From the IMG/VR virus record IMGVR_UViG_3300024346_000052: a stretch of 64,000 nucleotides of DNA, one strand, 5' to 3'. The stretch comes from an uncultured virus (IMG/VR IMGVR_UViG_3300024346_000052) (Duplodnaviria; Heunggongvirae; Uroviricota; Caudoviricetes; Crassvirales). Within the stretch, counting starts at the first letter, position 1, and each line of letters starts with the position of its first letter. The notes below the pieces were generated by a model. The model did not search any database and was not told the origin of the DNA. It saw nothing but the letters and a program-made list of their open reading frames with translations. Position numbers and translations under genes: made by a program. Shown in pieces: positions 8,907-21,400 of this stretch.

Positions 8907-10740
8907 TATAACAGTATATATGAAGTACGCTAAGTTCGTTCCTGAGTTAAATCGTAGAGAAACTTGGATAGAGCTAGTAGACAGAAACAAAGCTATGCAT
9001 ATTAAAAAATATCCAGAGCTATCAGAAAAAATAAATGAAGCCTATAAATTAGTATATGATAAAAAAATTCTTCCAAGCATGCGCTCGTTACAATTCGGCG
9101 GTAAACCGATTGAGATTAGCCCTAATCGTGTGTATAATTGCGCTTATCTACCAATTGATCACATTGATGCTTTCCACGAAACCATGTTCTTGCTTCTTGG
9201 AGGAACAGGCGTTGGATACTCTGTGCAGAATCATCACGTAAAACAAATGCCACCAGTTAATCAGCCTTACGCTAAAAGAACTAGAAGGTTTTTAATTGGT
9301 GACAGTATTGAAGGGTGGGGAGATGCTATTAAAGTATTGATGAAGTCTTACATGGGTGACAAAAGAAGTTCTACTGTAGAGTTTGATTACTCAGACATAA
9401 GAGCTAAAGGTGCACAACTAGTTACATCGGGTGGTAAAGCGCCAGGTCCTCAGCCATTGAAAGAGTGTATACTAAAAATTAAAGGCATATTCGATGCTAA
9501 AGATGATGGCACACCGCTTACTACAGTTGAAGCGCACGATATAGTTTGTCACATAGCTGACTCGGTTCTAGCTGGTGGAATACGTAGAGCAGCTTTAATT
9601 AGTTTATTTTCTGCTGAAGATAGCGAAATGATTAGTTGTAAGTCAGGTACTTGGTGGGAAAAAAATCCACAAAGAGGTAGAGCTAATAACTCAGCTGTAC
9701 TCATGAGACATAAAGTAACTCAAGAGTTTTTCATGGATCTTTGGAAACGTGTAGAGTTATCAGGATCAGGTGAGCCTGGTATATACCTTAACAATGATAA
9801 AGATTGGGGCACAAACCCTTGTTGTGAAATAGCATTAAGACCTTTTCAGTTTTGTAATCTATGTGAGGTAAATGCTAGTGATCTTGAATCACAAGAAGAT
9901 TTTAACAATAGAGTTAAACACGCTAGCTTTATAGGAACACTACAAGCTGGTTACACTGACTTTCATTATTTAAGAGACATATGGAAAGATACGACAGAGA
10001 AGGACGCCCTTATAGGTGTATCAATGACAGGGATAGGGAGTGCCGCTGTGCTGCAGTTGGATATGAAGGAAGCTGCAAATATAGTAAAACGAGAAAATAC
10101 AAAGACAGCTAAAGCTATTGGCATTAATCCAGCAGCTAGATGTACAACCGTGAAGCCTGCTGGGACGACATCTCTGGCATTAGGAACTTCATCTGGTATT
10201 CACGCATGGCATAATGATTATTATACACGTAGAATTAGAGTTGGAAAAAATGAATCTATGTATAAGTATTTATCTACTAACCATCCTGAATTAGTTGAAG
10301 ATGAGTTTTTTAGACCTCACGATACTGCTGTAATTAGCATACCACAAAAAGCGCCTGAAGGTTCTATATCAAGATTAGAATCACCGTTTGATTTACTTGA
10401 GCGTATAAAAAAAGTTGCTACAGAGTGGGTAAAACCCGGTCATAGAAAAGGATCTAATACTCACAATGTCTCAGCTACTGTTAGTTTAAAACAAGAAGAG
10501 TGGGATCAAGCAGGAAGATGGATGTGGGAAAACAGGGATCATTACAATGGTCTGTCTGTATTACCTTATGATGGCGGTACATATACTCAAGCACCGTTTG
10601 AAGACATAAGCAAAGTACAATACGACATGGCTATGAAACATCTTAAAGACATTGATCTTAGTAAGATTATAGAAACAGAAGATGAAACAGATCTTGCAGG
10701 AGAATTAGCTTGTGCAGGTGATAATTGTGAAATAAAATAA
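8878..10740 (+). CDS. nrdJ: Class II (B12-dependent) ribonucleotide reductase
   Basis: YNCAY, GGIRRAALI, TNPCCEI, TTVKPAGTTSL, C-terminal CAGDNCEI cysteine pair; no nrdB beta subunit nearby. Confidence 0.9.
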   Translation: MELSNKILSDITVYMKYAKFVPELNRRETWIELVDRNKAMHIKKYPELSEKINEAYKLVYDKKILPSMRSLQFGGKPIEISPNRVYNCAYLPIDHIDAFHETMFLLLGGTGVGYSVQNHHVKQMPPVNQPYAKRTRRFLIGDSIEGWGDAIKVLMKSYMGDKRSSTVEFDYSDIRAKGAQLVTSGGKAPGPQPLKECILKIKGIFDAKDDGTPLTTVEAHDIVCHIADSVLAGGIRRAALISLFSAEDSEMISCKSGTWWEKNPQRGRANNSAVLMRHKVTQEFFMDLWKRVELSGSGEPGIYLNNDKDWGTNPCCEIALRPFQFCNLCEVNASDLESQEDFNNRVKHASFIGTLQAGYTDFHYLRDIWKDTTEKDALIGVSMTGIGSAAVLQLDMKEAANIVKRENTKTAKAIGINPAARCTTVKPAGTTSLALGTSSGIHAWHNDYYTRRIRVGKNESMYKYLSTNHPELVEDEFFRPHDTAVISIPQKAPEGSISRLESPFDLLERIKKVATEWVKPGHRKGSNTHNVSATVSLKQEEWDQAGRWMWENRDHYNGLSVLPYDGGTYTQAPFEDISKVQYDMAMKHLKDIDLSKIIETEDETDLAGELACAGDNCEIK

Positions 10741-10750
10741 AACAAATAAA

Positions 10751-10870
10751 ATGGCAGATAAATTTAAACCTCATATGATGTATAAAGGCAAAAGCTCTAT
10801 AATGGCTAAGTCAATGAAAAAACACTCAGAGCTAAAGAAAAAAGGTTATGGACATAAGAAACCTAAATAA
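10751..10870 (+). CDS. Small basic protein (39 aa)
   Basis: MADKFKPHMMYKG...KKKGYGHKKPK. Confidence 0.55.
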   Translation: MADKFKPHMMYKGKSSIMAKSMKKHSELKKKGYGHKKPK

Positions 10871-11032
10871 ATGAAACGATTAGCTTTAATTGGAGGTCTT
10901 AGCTTAATGACAGCTGGGACTTCATATATGATGTGGCATCCACATGCACCACAGTTTGATTTAAATCCTAACACATTAGCTATAGCTACTGGAGGATTTT
11001 TTGTAACTGTTGGAATTACTTATAAATTTTAA
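10871..11032 (+). CDS. Small membrane protein (53 aa)
   Basis: Two hydrophobic segments; abuts the previous stop. Confidence 0.55.
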   Translation: MKRLALIGGLSLMTAGTSYMMWHPHAPQFDLNPNTLAIATGGFFVTVGITYKF

Positions 11033-11096
11033 AATAAAATGATATGTGCGGACTTTGTCTAGGCGGTATTTGTGAATACTGTAACAGTTAAAATAT

Positions 11097-11130
11097 AAAA
11101 AGGGGAAGTCGTAATGACCTCCCCTTTTTT
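11097..11130. terminator. Bidirectional intrinsic terminator between the convergent arms
   Basis: AAAAAGGGGAAGTC-GTAAT-GACCTCCCCTTTTTT; A-run 5' and T-run 3'. Confidence 0.85.
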
Positions 11131-11174
11131 GGTTACAGGAACTTTGGGTATGGTGCCCATTATTCTTATTGTTC

Positions 11175-11786
11175 CTATTTAAAATTTTGCTCTACCTCAT
11201 CTCCAAAGATGTCTGTTATCGCTCTTCCTACAACAGCTTTTGAGTAATTTGCTGCCTTCTTTATAAATGTTGAAGGTCTTTTAATTTGATTTTTAACTAA
11301 ACCTTTAGCTAGATCAAAACCTGCTTTCCCTACCTTTATCCCAGCTTTTACACCACCACCACCTATAAACCATTCAACAGGATTAGAAGTCATCTCAATA
11401 GCACCGCTTTCAGGATATTTATATGGCAATATTTTAGGATTCATGGGTTGTTTTTTAGAAATTAGTTTTGAAGCCTCTTTCTTTTGTGCTGCGGCAGATC
11501 TTTTATTGAATTCATTAAGCTTTTGCTTGAAAACCATTTCTTCAAATGCTTTATCAGGAGTTGGATCGCTGATTCTGTTAAAATTATGTATAGGATTTTT
11601 AGTCTTAACCATAGCATCACCCTTTTGTTTCAAAGGAGACTTATCAGGAAAAGGGTTATAAACTTTTTCACGAAGTTTTTTATATCTATTAGTTCCTGTT
11701 TTGCCTTTAGATTTTAAAGTTCTTAATCTTTTAAGACTTCTAACTTGTTTATTTTCTCTTCTAACTTCTTTCTTATTGTCATCCAT
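11175..11786 (-). CDS. Hypothetical basic protein with SP-hydrophobic motif
   Basis: ORF track; KSPLKQ. Confidence 0.65.
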   Translation of the reverse strand: MDDNKKEVRRENKQVRSLKRLRTLKSKGKTGTNRYKKLREKVYNPFPDKSPLKQKGDAMVKTKNPIHNFNRISDPTPDKAFEEMVFKQKLNEFNKRSAAAQKKEASKLISKKQPMNPKILPYKYPESGAIEMTSNPVEWFIGGGGVKAGIKVGKAGFDLAKGLVKNQIKRPSTFIKKAANYSKAVVGRAITDIFGDEVEQNFK

Positions 11787-12017
11787 CTATCTAAAGTTTT
11801 GACCCTGATTTCTTTTTTTAATACCTTTTGTTATTGGCACATCAGCATCATTGGTTGGCATTAATGATACATCTTTACCATCAAAAAAGAACTCTCTTTT
11901 TTCTCTATCATATTCACCTGATTTTACTTTACCAAGATCTTTATAACCTTTTTTAAATGCTCTTATAGCTTTACGTCTTCTTTTAAGACTTTTTCTAGGG
12001 GGTTTATTGTTTTCCAT
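11787..12017 (-). CDS. Hypothetical basic protein
   Basis: ORF abutting neighbours. Confidence 0.6.
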   Translation of the reverse strand: MENNKPPRKSLKRRRKAIRAFKKGYKDLGKVKSGEYDREKREFFFDGKDVSLMPTNDADVPITKGIKKRNQGQNFR

Positions 12018-12026
12018 AATTATTTT

Positions 12027-12320
12027 TTAACATTTCCATCTTGCTCTAGCGGCTTTACCTCTTTCGCCAGTCCAACCTTTTGATCTAGCACAAAAAGACT
12101 TTCTACGACCAGCAGCTTTACTACCGGGTTTTACATCGCCTGTTACAGCTGTTTTTAATTTACTTCCTGGGTTCTTTTTTTTGTATTCAGAAACTCCTTT
12201 TTTAGTCATTCCAGCACCTTCCTCAGTGGTTCTAAAATTACGCCCCTTACCTTTAGTAGTTTTTCTTGGTTCATTGCTGTTTAAAGGAGATCCTTTTCTA
12301 CCTGTGCATTTTAGAGCCAT
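12027..12320 (-). CDS. Small basic phage protein (RRKSFCARS...RWKC type)
   Basis: Module of a type seen in aquatic phages; function unknown. Confidence 0.65.
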   Translation of the reverse strand: MALKCTGRKGSPLNSNEPRKTTKGKGRNFRTTEEGAGMTKKGVSEYKKKNPGSKLKTAVTGDVKPGSKAAGRRKSFCARSKGWTGERGKAARARWKC

Positions 12321-12322
12321 AA

Positions 12323-12442
12323 TTATTTATTTTTAGGAACACAGTTAGGTACGGTTCTTTTGCCTTTCTTTTTCATGCCTACCATTTCGTAGCCTTTCCA
12401 ACAAGGTCCTTTTTTCATCAAAGGAGATCTTTCTATTTTCAT
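12323..12442 (-). CDS. 39-aa protein with PCWKGY...VPNCVP module (not in ORF track)
   Basis: MKIERSPLMKKGPCWKGYEMVGMKKKGKRTVPNCVPKNK; fills the gap exactly. Confidence 0.65.
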   Translation of the reverse strand: MKIERSPLMKKGPCWKGYEMVGMKKKGKRTVPNCVPKNK

Positions 12443-12450
12443 TTTATAAC

Positions 12451-15400
12451 TCATAACTTACTATTTAGTTCTATAATTTTGTTTACTCTGTCTTTTTCGT
12501 ATTTAAGTCTTTTGATAGCGTCTGTAGTTAAACCTAAACTTCTTAAGCTATCCACTTGAACTGATTTATTTAATTTAAATAATTCATCACTTTGTTTTTT
12601 TAACTGCTGAGCTTTATAACTTTCAGTAGTTAATAATTTTTTAGGCTTATACTGTCTTGTGTTTTTTAATTTATTTTGTTTTCTATACTCTTTTCTACCT
12701 TCTTTTTCTTGCTTAAATCTTTCTGCTTTTTGAACTTGATTTTCTAATTGCCATTTAGGCCAACCTAAAAGCATAGCTACTCTCTGCCAGTTTTCATTAG
12801 TTTCATCTAAAGCTCCTTGAACATTTTCCATTTTTTGAAAAGCTCTATCTACAGGAACATTAGTCACTGCAGATATAACTTTAGCAGCTGATCTATATGA
12901 AGGGTTATTTATATTAAATGGTTCTCCAGATTCAGGTCTCCAAGAGTTCATTTCATAATCTCTTAATCCGCCTTTATATTTCTTAACCTTGATAGACATA
13001 GGTGGACTAACCTCAAGCAACTTCCAAGCATTGTCCCCATATTCAGGACCAGGATATTGACCTTCCTTTTCAGATCTTCTATATAAATCTAATAATACAT
13101 TTTTTGCTGTAGCTAATATAACACCTTGAACTCCAACACCTCTTAGTATATTATCTAACATACTATTTGCTGTTTCCATATCTTTTTTACTGTCTTTGCT
13201 ATTGTAGTATTCCATGGCTTTTTCAGCTTCTTTATCACTCATGCCTTGATCCTTAAAGTAGTCAAAAGAAACTTCGTCTTCATCATCACCAAAACCAGAA
13301 GCAAACATAGCTCCTTGCAAAGCTGTGAACATTAAGTTTTGAACAAATCCATAATACATTATTTTGCTTATATTTGATTTTGCATCTCCTCTGCCAGCGA
13401 CTAAATCTCTACCTGCTTTATCCATTATTCTAGCATACTGTGACGGTGTGTTAGCAAAAGCCAATATAAACCTACCTAATGTACTAGCCTGTTGTTGTGA
13501 TATTTTATCAGCTCTAGCAGACTGCTGAGAGTCTTCTGCTTTTTCTCTAAAATCTAAAAACGCTTTAGCCTCAGCATCGGCTTGACTCATACCTTGTTTC
13601 ATGTATGTTTTAGTTCTATTTCTAAAATAAGTTGATCCGCCTGTAGCTATAGCAAAGCTATCTGCAAATTGAGTTAAAACAAAACCTCTGCTTAATAAAT
13701 AGCTTATAACACCCTTAGCACTATTACCTGTAGTTTTAGCTGCTTCTGCTATTTCAGACTCACTGACGTTTATTTTTAATCCATTCCGTCTGTCTACTAG
13801 AAAATCTGAATTCATTAATCGCATAAAATCAGTCCAATATTGTTTTTGATTAGCAAAAGCTGCACCAGCTCTTAAAGGGTTATTATCAGTCCAATTAACA
13901 AAGTTAGCTGCAGATATAGTCTGTAAAACAGCAGATCTAGCATTTAAGAACATCACTGCACCAATAGAGTTGTTTATATAGTCTTGAAATCTAGCTTCTA
14001 ACCTACTAGTTCCTGCTTTTCTGTTTTGACCAGTTTTCATTCTACGTATAGAGTCTTCAACAGCTTCTCTATACTTAGAACCGTAAGCAGCTTCTAACTT
14101 GTTTAATGTTTTTTCATCAAAAGCTAAATCAATATTTTCATTCCATTGTTTAAGTAATCTAGGTCTAGTATCTTTTCTTAATCCACTAATAAAATCAGTA
14201 GTTATAGTACCAGACAACCAATCAGCACCTGGGTAGTGGTAGCCATCTCCTTTACCTAATTCTATTAGTTGATCAACAAACAAGTTGAGTTCAGGGTTTC
14301 CATCTACAAATTCTTTTATTTGTTTTAAATCTCTTCCTGACAATCCGTCTACTTTCAAACCTTGCCTGTCCCAAGCAGCTACTCTAGTTACTTCTTCAAA
14401 TGTAAAACCACCAAAAGCTTTCTTTTTTAAATTAGTAGGTACACCTTTTAAACTAGACTTCAATGCTCTAAAATCACTCATTAATTGGTTTTGTGCTATT
14501 GAAAGATCATTCATTGCTCTACCAAAAGGTCTTATTAAATTATCTTGCATCCATGACCATTGAGAATCTCCCTTTTCACCTTTAGCTAGCATCTTGTAAA
14601 GTAAACCTCCAAAATCCTGAGCAGAAGGAGGTATTAAAGACCATGAGTTTTTAGTTCTTCCTTTTGCTTTAGCTCTCATGGAAGAAAATTCTTTGTAAGA
14701 CTCTACACCTGTAGCTTCAGCTATTATGTCATTCATAACATCACTAACTTCACTACTGAATTTTATTTTAGCTTGCTGAACTCTAGACTTAACATCTAAT
14801 ACTTCCATTGCAGACTTAACTGCCTCTACATTTTGTATAGCATCATCAGCAAAATAAAAATCATTATAACCTTCAGATCCCTTATCAACCAACCATTGCG
14901 CTTTAGCTTCTCCTGTTGAGTTTCCTAGTCCTATTATGTTTTCTGGTTTAAATTCTAAGCCTTCTGATTTTAAAAATTCATATATAGCATCAGCCGCTAA
15001 AGGATTTCTAGCGGTTAAAACAAATAAATCTTCATTACCTCTTGATTCTTTTATTTTTTTAGCTATATCAAATAAAGGTCCTCTAGCTCCATCTCTAACA
15101 GTATTAAAATCTGTAAAATCAAAAACATAACCATCATTAATTAAATCGTCTCCTTTTTTAGCAAACTCCTCAGCTGTTAATTCTATTGTTTCATTTCCCT
15201 TGTTAGCAAAAACTATATTATTACTAGTAGCTAAAGTGTCATCAAAGTCAAATACTCTTATTTTTTTAATAGGCGCATTAGGATCACGAGCCACATCTAG
15301 TGAAGAGTCTAGTTTTGAAGCTATATCTATAGTATTTTTATTAGTAGTATTACTTTTACTATTTTTAATAACAACACCACTATTAGAATTGTTATCTATG

Positions 15401-18400
15401 TTAACTTGTGATGATTCACCTTTTTGATTGGCTAAGTTTTTTATAGCAGGATCATTTATTAAATCTGTATTTCCATCAACAGTGCTCATGTCGTACTTAG
15501 GTTTTACAGTTGTTTTTAAATTAGATGGTTGTATTCTTAAACCTACATTAGCCCAACCACTACTTCCTGGTAGTTTACCATTAATCAATTTAATACCAGC
15601 TTTTTGATACTTTCCAGGACCTTTAGCAGTCTCAGCAGTTGTTTTAGCAATAGCTAAACTCCAAGTTACAGTCTCGCCATTAGCGCCTAAATAAGGAGCT
15701 TCATTAGTGTTTAAATTAGCAGGATTGTTTAGTTGAGGATTTTTTAAGTCATTTAATAAATATAAACCTATTCCTTGAATATTTATCTGTCTAGTACCAT
15801 TGTTTTTAGAAATATAATAATCTGCAATGTCTTGTGCAGGCCTAACTTTGTTTACTGTAATATCTTTTTGAAATTGAGAATTAGGATTTTCTTTATTACC
15901 TTGAAGAGCTTTAAAAACTTCCTTATCTAGTAAATCACCAAATTCATAACTCAACCAATTGTCACCATATAATTCTTTACCTATTATGTTAGCTTGCTTC
16001 ACATAGTTTTCTATAGCTGGCTTAGCTTCATTTGCCATATCATACATGGCATTATTAAAAGGAAAGTTTTTTATTATATTAAATGAAATATTGCCTTTAG
16101 AGTCAGTGTTAGTTTTTAAAGTTACGCTACCAAATCTAGGTTTTTTAAGTTTTAACTCTACATTAAACTCCATACCACCTACTGTAGCTATAAAATCTGC
16201 TTTACCTCCATCTTCACCTCTAGATCCTTCTATTTTAAGACCAGACTCACTCGAATTGTTTTTATTATAATCATTTATAGCTTTAGATGCTGCATCGTAA
16301 ACTAATTGTTCGTAAGCATAACCTTCAGTAAGACCTAGGTTTTTAGCTAAATTACTCAGTATATCATCAAAATCAACATCTTTACTTCCAGTTAGTTTTA
16401 ATTTTTTAGCTCTAGCTATTAACTCCGCCCTTTCTGTGTCACTAAAATTACCAGCATCATCTATTATAGAATTTAATATATTCATCTGAACAGAATCTTC
16501 AAGCATTGAATCAACAGAGGCTATCTGTTTTGATATTCCCTTCCATTCTTTTTTAATCTTATCAGCTTCTTTTTTATTTTTAGCGTTCTTATTAAAAAGT
16601 GTATCACCAAAAACTTGATCCCAAACTAAATCTACGTTTTCTTCTGTAACTCCAGTTTTTTTAAGTAAATCTACAAATCTTTTATTATTGTTTTTATAAG
16701 TATTTTTAAGCTCTATGTCGGCGTTACTATTCATGAAAGCTTTAGAAAACTTAAGTTGAGCTCCTCTTCCTATTGCTTTACTAATATCTTCTAAGTAAGC
16801 TTTTACAACAACATCTCCAGTTCCAGAATTATTTAAACCTAATTCAAACTTTTCTAAAACACTTGGATCACCAGCTACTTCCATTGTAGCATTTAAAGCA
16901 AGCTCTCCAGATATTTTATCAGCTAGAGCATCTTTTCTTGTACCTTTTTTAGAACCACTAATGTCAAAAAATTCTTTAACAGCTTTAGAGCTAGGGTATA
17001 GCTTTTTATAAAGTGTAGGTCCTTGATTGGTTGTTGCAGAAACTAACAATCCAGTACCTTGAAATTGTTTAACTTCTTCTACGCTTAAATTTTCTTTAAC
17101 TACTTTTGTGAATATTTTTTCCCCTTTAACTAGTCTTTCAAAAGCAACTAATTTATCTATACTTAAATCAGATATTGCTTCTGCGTTTGTTTCAAGCCAA
17201 TTTGTATAATCTCCTCTACTACCAAATGTTTCTGCAAAAGCAGTTCTTAGTTCATCAGAAAACCTAGATTCTAAATCATTAGAAAACTTTTTATATATTC
17301 CTGACAAATCTCTATCCGCTTGTCTCTTTATTTCACCAGTTGGATTAGTGGCTAAAACTTTTTTAACTTGTTCTAAAGTAACATCAGTTCTTTTGCCTCC
17401 TTTGTTTTTTCTTACATACTTAAACTCAGGCATTTTAGTACTCAATACTTTTTTAACATTATCTAACACAAACTCACCTAAAGGCGAACCTCTATCTATA
17501 TTTAATGATTCTCTTAAGTTTACATCTGGAACAGTCTCGACTGTAGTTTTAGTTTTGTTAATTTCTGCTGTTTCAGAAGATCCTAAATTATCTATATCTT
17601 TAGTGCTTAAATCATTAAATACTTCACCACTTTTTAAAACATCTCCAATTCTATTCTTTAATCTTCCATTTATATATCCATATAAACTTGTATTAGTAGG
17701 ATCAAAACCTCTAATGTCAGCAAGCAAAAGTGTTTTTACTGACTGTTGCAATTCTCTTAAATCTAAGTTTTTAGTTAAATCAACTACATTACCATCTTGA
17801 GTAAAAAAGTTTTCTGCTTTATTTTTTATCATACCGTCTAAGTCAGGCTGTATGAGGCCAAATAATTTATCTGCAGCTGGATTTTCTTTTCTATTTTGTT
17901 TCCAGCCTTTTTTATTTTCATCAAACTTACTATTTATAGATTCTTTAGCTTTTTTAGCTTTAACACTAGTAGGTTCATTATCTCCATCCATTCGAGAACT
18001 AGGCGCACTACCGCTGCCACTAGCTAAGTCTTTTATTTTTCTAACATTGTCTGCAATTTTTTCTTTAAAATTTTTAGGTCTGTTTTTTAATAAAGATTTA
18101 TTTTCAGCTATTAAATCTGCTTTAACTGTTTTTGAAGAGCTTTTTTTAACGCTTTTAGAAGCTGCAATTTTAGAGCCTGTAGTAGGAGTTTGATTTATAT
18201 TTATAACTTTTGTTTCTCTAGCTTTATCTATTTTTCTTTGGTTTATTTTACCATTGACTATATCTTTACCTAATCCTAGCAAATATTGAGTTATATCATT
18301 AACCCCTTTAAATTCAATTTCATAACTACCATTACTAGCTTCAAGTAATCCATCGTTAAATGTTTTAGCAAAAAATGCTGTAAAAGCTTTATCTGCTTTA

Positions 18401-21400
18401 GGATCAATATTACCAGCAGCTATTTCTTCTATATAAGAAGCAAAAACCTCTTCAAAATCCCAACTTCCATCAGAGCTACGGAGTTTGTTTGTACCTTCTA
18501 CCTGCATTCTGATAAAAATGTCATTATATTTTGATTCCATAAAATCAACAATCAATTGACCAGCTTCGTCAAAAGCACTAGGATTATTTCTAATTAATTC
18601 TTGAGAAGCGGCATGTCCAGTTTCGTGTAAAGGAACTCCTGGTTTTTGATTATTTATTGCGTTTTCTCTAAAAGTGTATTGAGTGTTAGTTATCGGATCG
18701 TAAAAGCCATTGCTTGTGCCATCTTTAACACCATCTAAAGCTTCTGTTATTTGTTGTTCTATATATTCTCTATATGTTTGACCTTCTCCATCGTTTATCT
18801 CAGAGTCAACATCTACGCCTTCAGCTTCTAAATTTTGTAAATTTCTAGCTATTAAATCTGGCAATTGATCAGCTGCGTCTTTATTATTATCAAAGTTAAA
18901 ATACTGCCAACCACCTTCTTCCGCCATAGACTTAGCTTTGCTAACATTAGCGTCGTAATCTCTGCCATCTAAAATTTTCATTGACTCAGCTTGTATTTCT
19001 CTAGCTGTAGGTCCGTCAACCATAGGTCCTTTTTCTTTAACTATATTTTCAATAGCCTGAGCCTCTATGCGGTTTACTTCATTTCTTGTGTTAGTATTCC
19101 AAAAAGCTTTACCCTTCATAGCTAACCACTTGTGGCCAAATAAAGATTTACTTTTTAGTTTATTAGTAATATTTTGAATATTTTTATATCTTTTATTTAA
19201 TTCAGTAAGCTTTTTATTTGTTGTTTTATCCATAGTAGGATTGTCTAAAACTAACTGTGAAGCTTCATTTCGTAAATCAGAAAGCTTTTTAACGTTTTCA
19301 GCATGTATTATACCAGCTGATTTTCCTATACCCTCGTCTTGTAATCTGTCTTGAACTTCAATTTGTTTAGTTTCTAACAAACCAGCTTGATCAGTTATTT
19401 GTTGATCAATATCATTTATAGCTTTAGTTAGTTCAACTTTGTTTTTAATCTTATTTAAACCATCAGCCATATTGACATTGGGAATTAAATCTAGTATTTT
19501 TAATTTTTTAATTAAGGCATCTTTTCTTTTAGATAAAGATATTATTTCACCTTGTGTATCATTAATAGATTGTATTTCTGCATTTGTAGCAAAATTGCTA
19601 GTCATAATTGCATGAGATATAGGGATTCCTTCAAAAACACCTCCCAAAGCAAAACCACCTACATAAGACTCAACAATGCCTTCTAAAGGATTTCTTCCAT
19701 CTACTAGGTTAGTTCCAAAAGTAACTCCAACCTCACCTAAACCTTCAGTGTTAGCAGCTTTAAGCCACTCAGGACCTTTCTTCTTTAGAAACATACCTAT
19801 ACTAGTATTTAGTTCACCTAGTATTGCCTTATCACCTCTAAATACTGAATAAGCATTAGATATTTGACCAGCAGTAGTTACATACGCTAAACTACCTTCA
19901 ATAAGGCCATAAGCTGTGCCTTTAGCTATATAAACTCCTTTATTTATTTTTCTCTCTTGTAAGCCTATTAATTCTTTTTCTTTTTCTTCTTGAGTTAAGT
20001 CTTTTCTTGATCTTATTTCGTCAATTTCGTTTTGAACCATAAAATTATTAACATCCATCTCACTAAGCTTTCCACCCATAGAGCTAAGTCCAGCAACACT
20101 AGAAGATATTATTTGACCATAAGAAGCACTTCCACCGCTAAATATCATAGCAGCTACTATAGGTAATGTTTCCGCTGTCATACCCATCATCCAAGCACCA
20201 AAGTTTTCTAATTTTTTCCAGCCAGATGTTCCAGGAGCAAATATATCCTCAAAAGAGACTTGATCAAAATTATATTCATTTAATTCATCATCTAGCCATT
20301 TAGTTATAGTAGCGTTAGCATCCATAACACCCTGCATAGGATCTCTTCCAGTTAATCCATACATAGACCAATACATAGGATTTACATATGAAGCTAATGA
20401 CCCAGCTGTGTAAACTATGTTTTTAGCTGTTTTTAAACCGCCAATACCTAGTTTTACAAAAAATTCTTGAGTGTCATTATAGTTATTTAACCAAACTTCC
20501 ATTTTTTGATTAAATGTAGGTATTTCTAAAAGCTCATCACTATAGTTTTTATAAGCTATACTTACGTTTTTCCCGCTCTCTTGTAACTTTACGATGTTTT
20601 GATTAAACTTAGTAACCATCCAGGTAGGTATACTTTCTACTGGTTGACCATCTTCATACGTTTCAGATATTTGAGTTCCTTGAGGTATAAACTGTATTTT
20701 AATTTCACCATCAACAAGTTTCTTTATGTAACCATCTTCCGTAGTAAAACCTAAATCATCTCTTGCTATAGAATAAGACTGCATATTACCGGTCATATCT
20801 ATACTTAGGTCCTCGTTAATTTTTTGATCATCATCACCATATAAAAAACCAGCAACTGCTCTATTGTTAACATCTACTGTGTAACTTAAAAAATCTTTAT
20901 TGTATTCAGCTTCTGCTAAGTTTTTTTCAAAAGTAGCGGCATCTAATAATAATTGATTTTCAGCGTCTTCTAAGGCAACAGCTCCTATTATAGATCCTTG
21001 TCTTAGTTTTTCTTTTTCAAGTCCTCTAGGCTCTTCTATCCACTTCTCAGCATTAGCCTTGTAGTATCTTTCTTTTTGTTTATTTATTATAGCTAGTTTA
21101 GCTGTAGAAAAAATAATTTCATCAGTAAGTTCTAGGCCTTGTCTTTCATAAGAAGCTTTTAAACTTTTCTCTGTATTTGATAATACTTTTAAATTACTAT
21201 CTATTTGCTCACTATTTCCAAATTCTTCATCTTCTGGTATTATAACACCACCTTGTATTAAACTTTGATCTAAACCACTAGTTGCATTAGTAGTCTCCGA
21301 GCCTAGATCCACTTCTCCACCCTGATAATTTATTAATGGATTTTCAGCATCAGATAAAGGATTAGATTCTTCTTGTTCTACAGTAGGATCATAACCAAAA

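Noticed and set aside
16366..16380. DVDFD in the giant protein as a possible RNAP DxDxD catalytic motif
   Set aside because: Lies in a helical linker without recognisable double-psi barrel context, so no crAss-type virion RNAP is called
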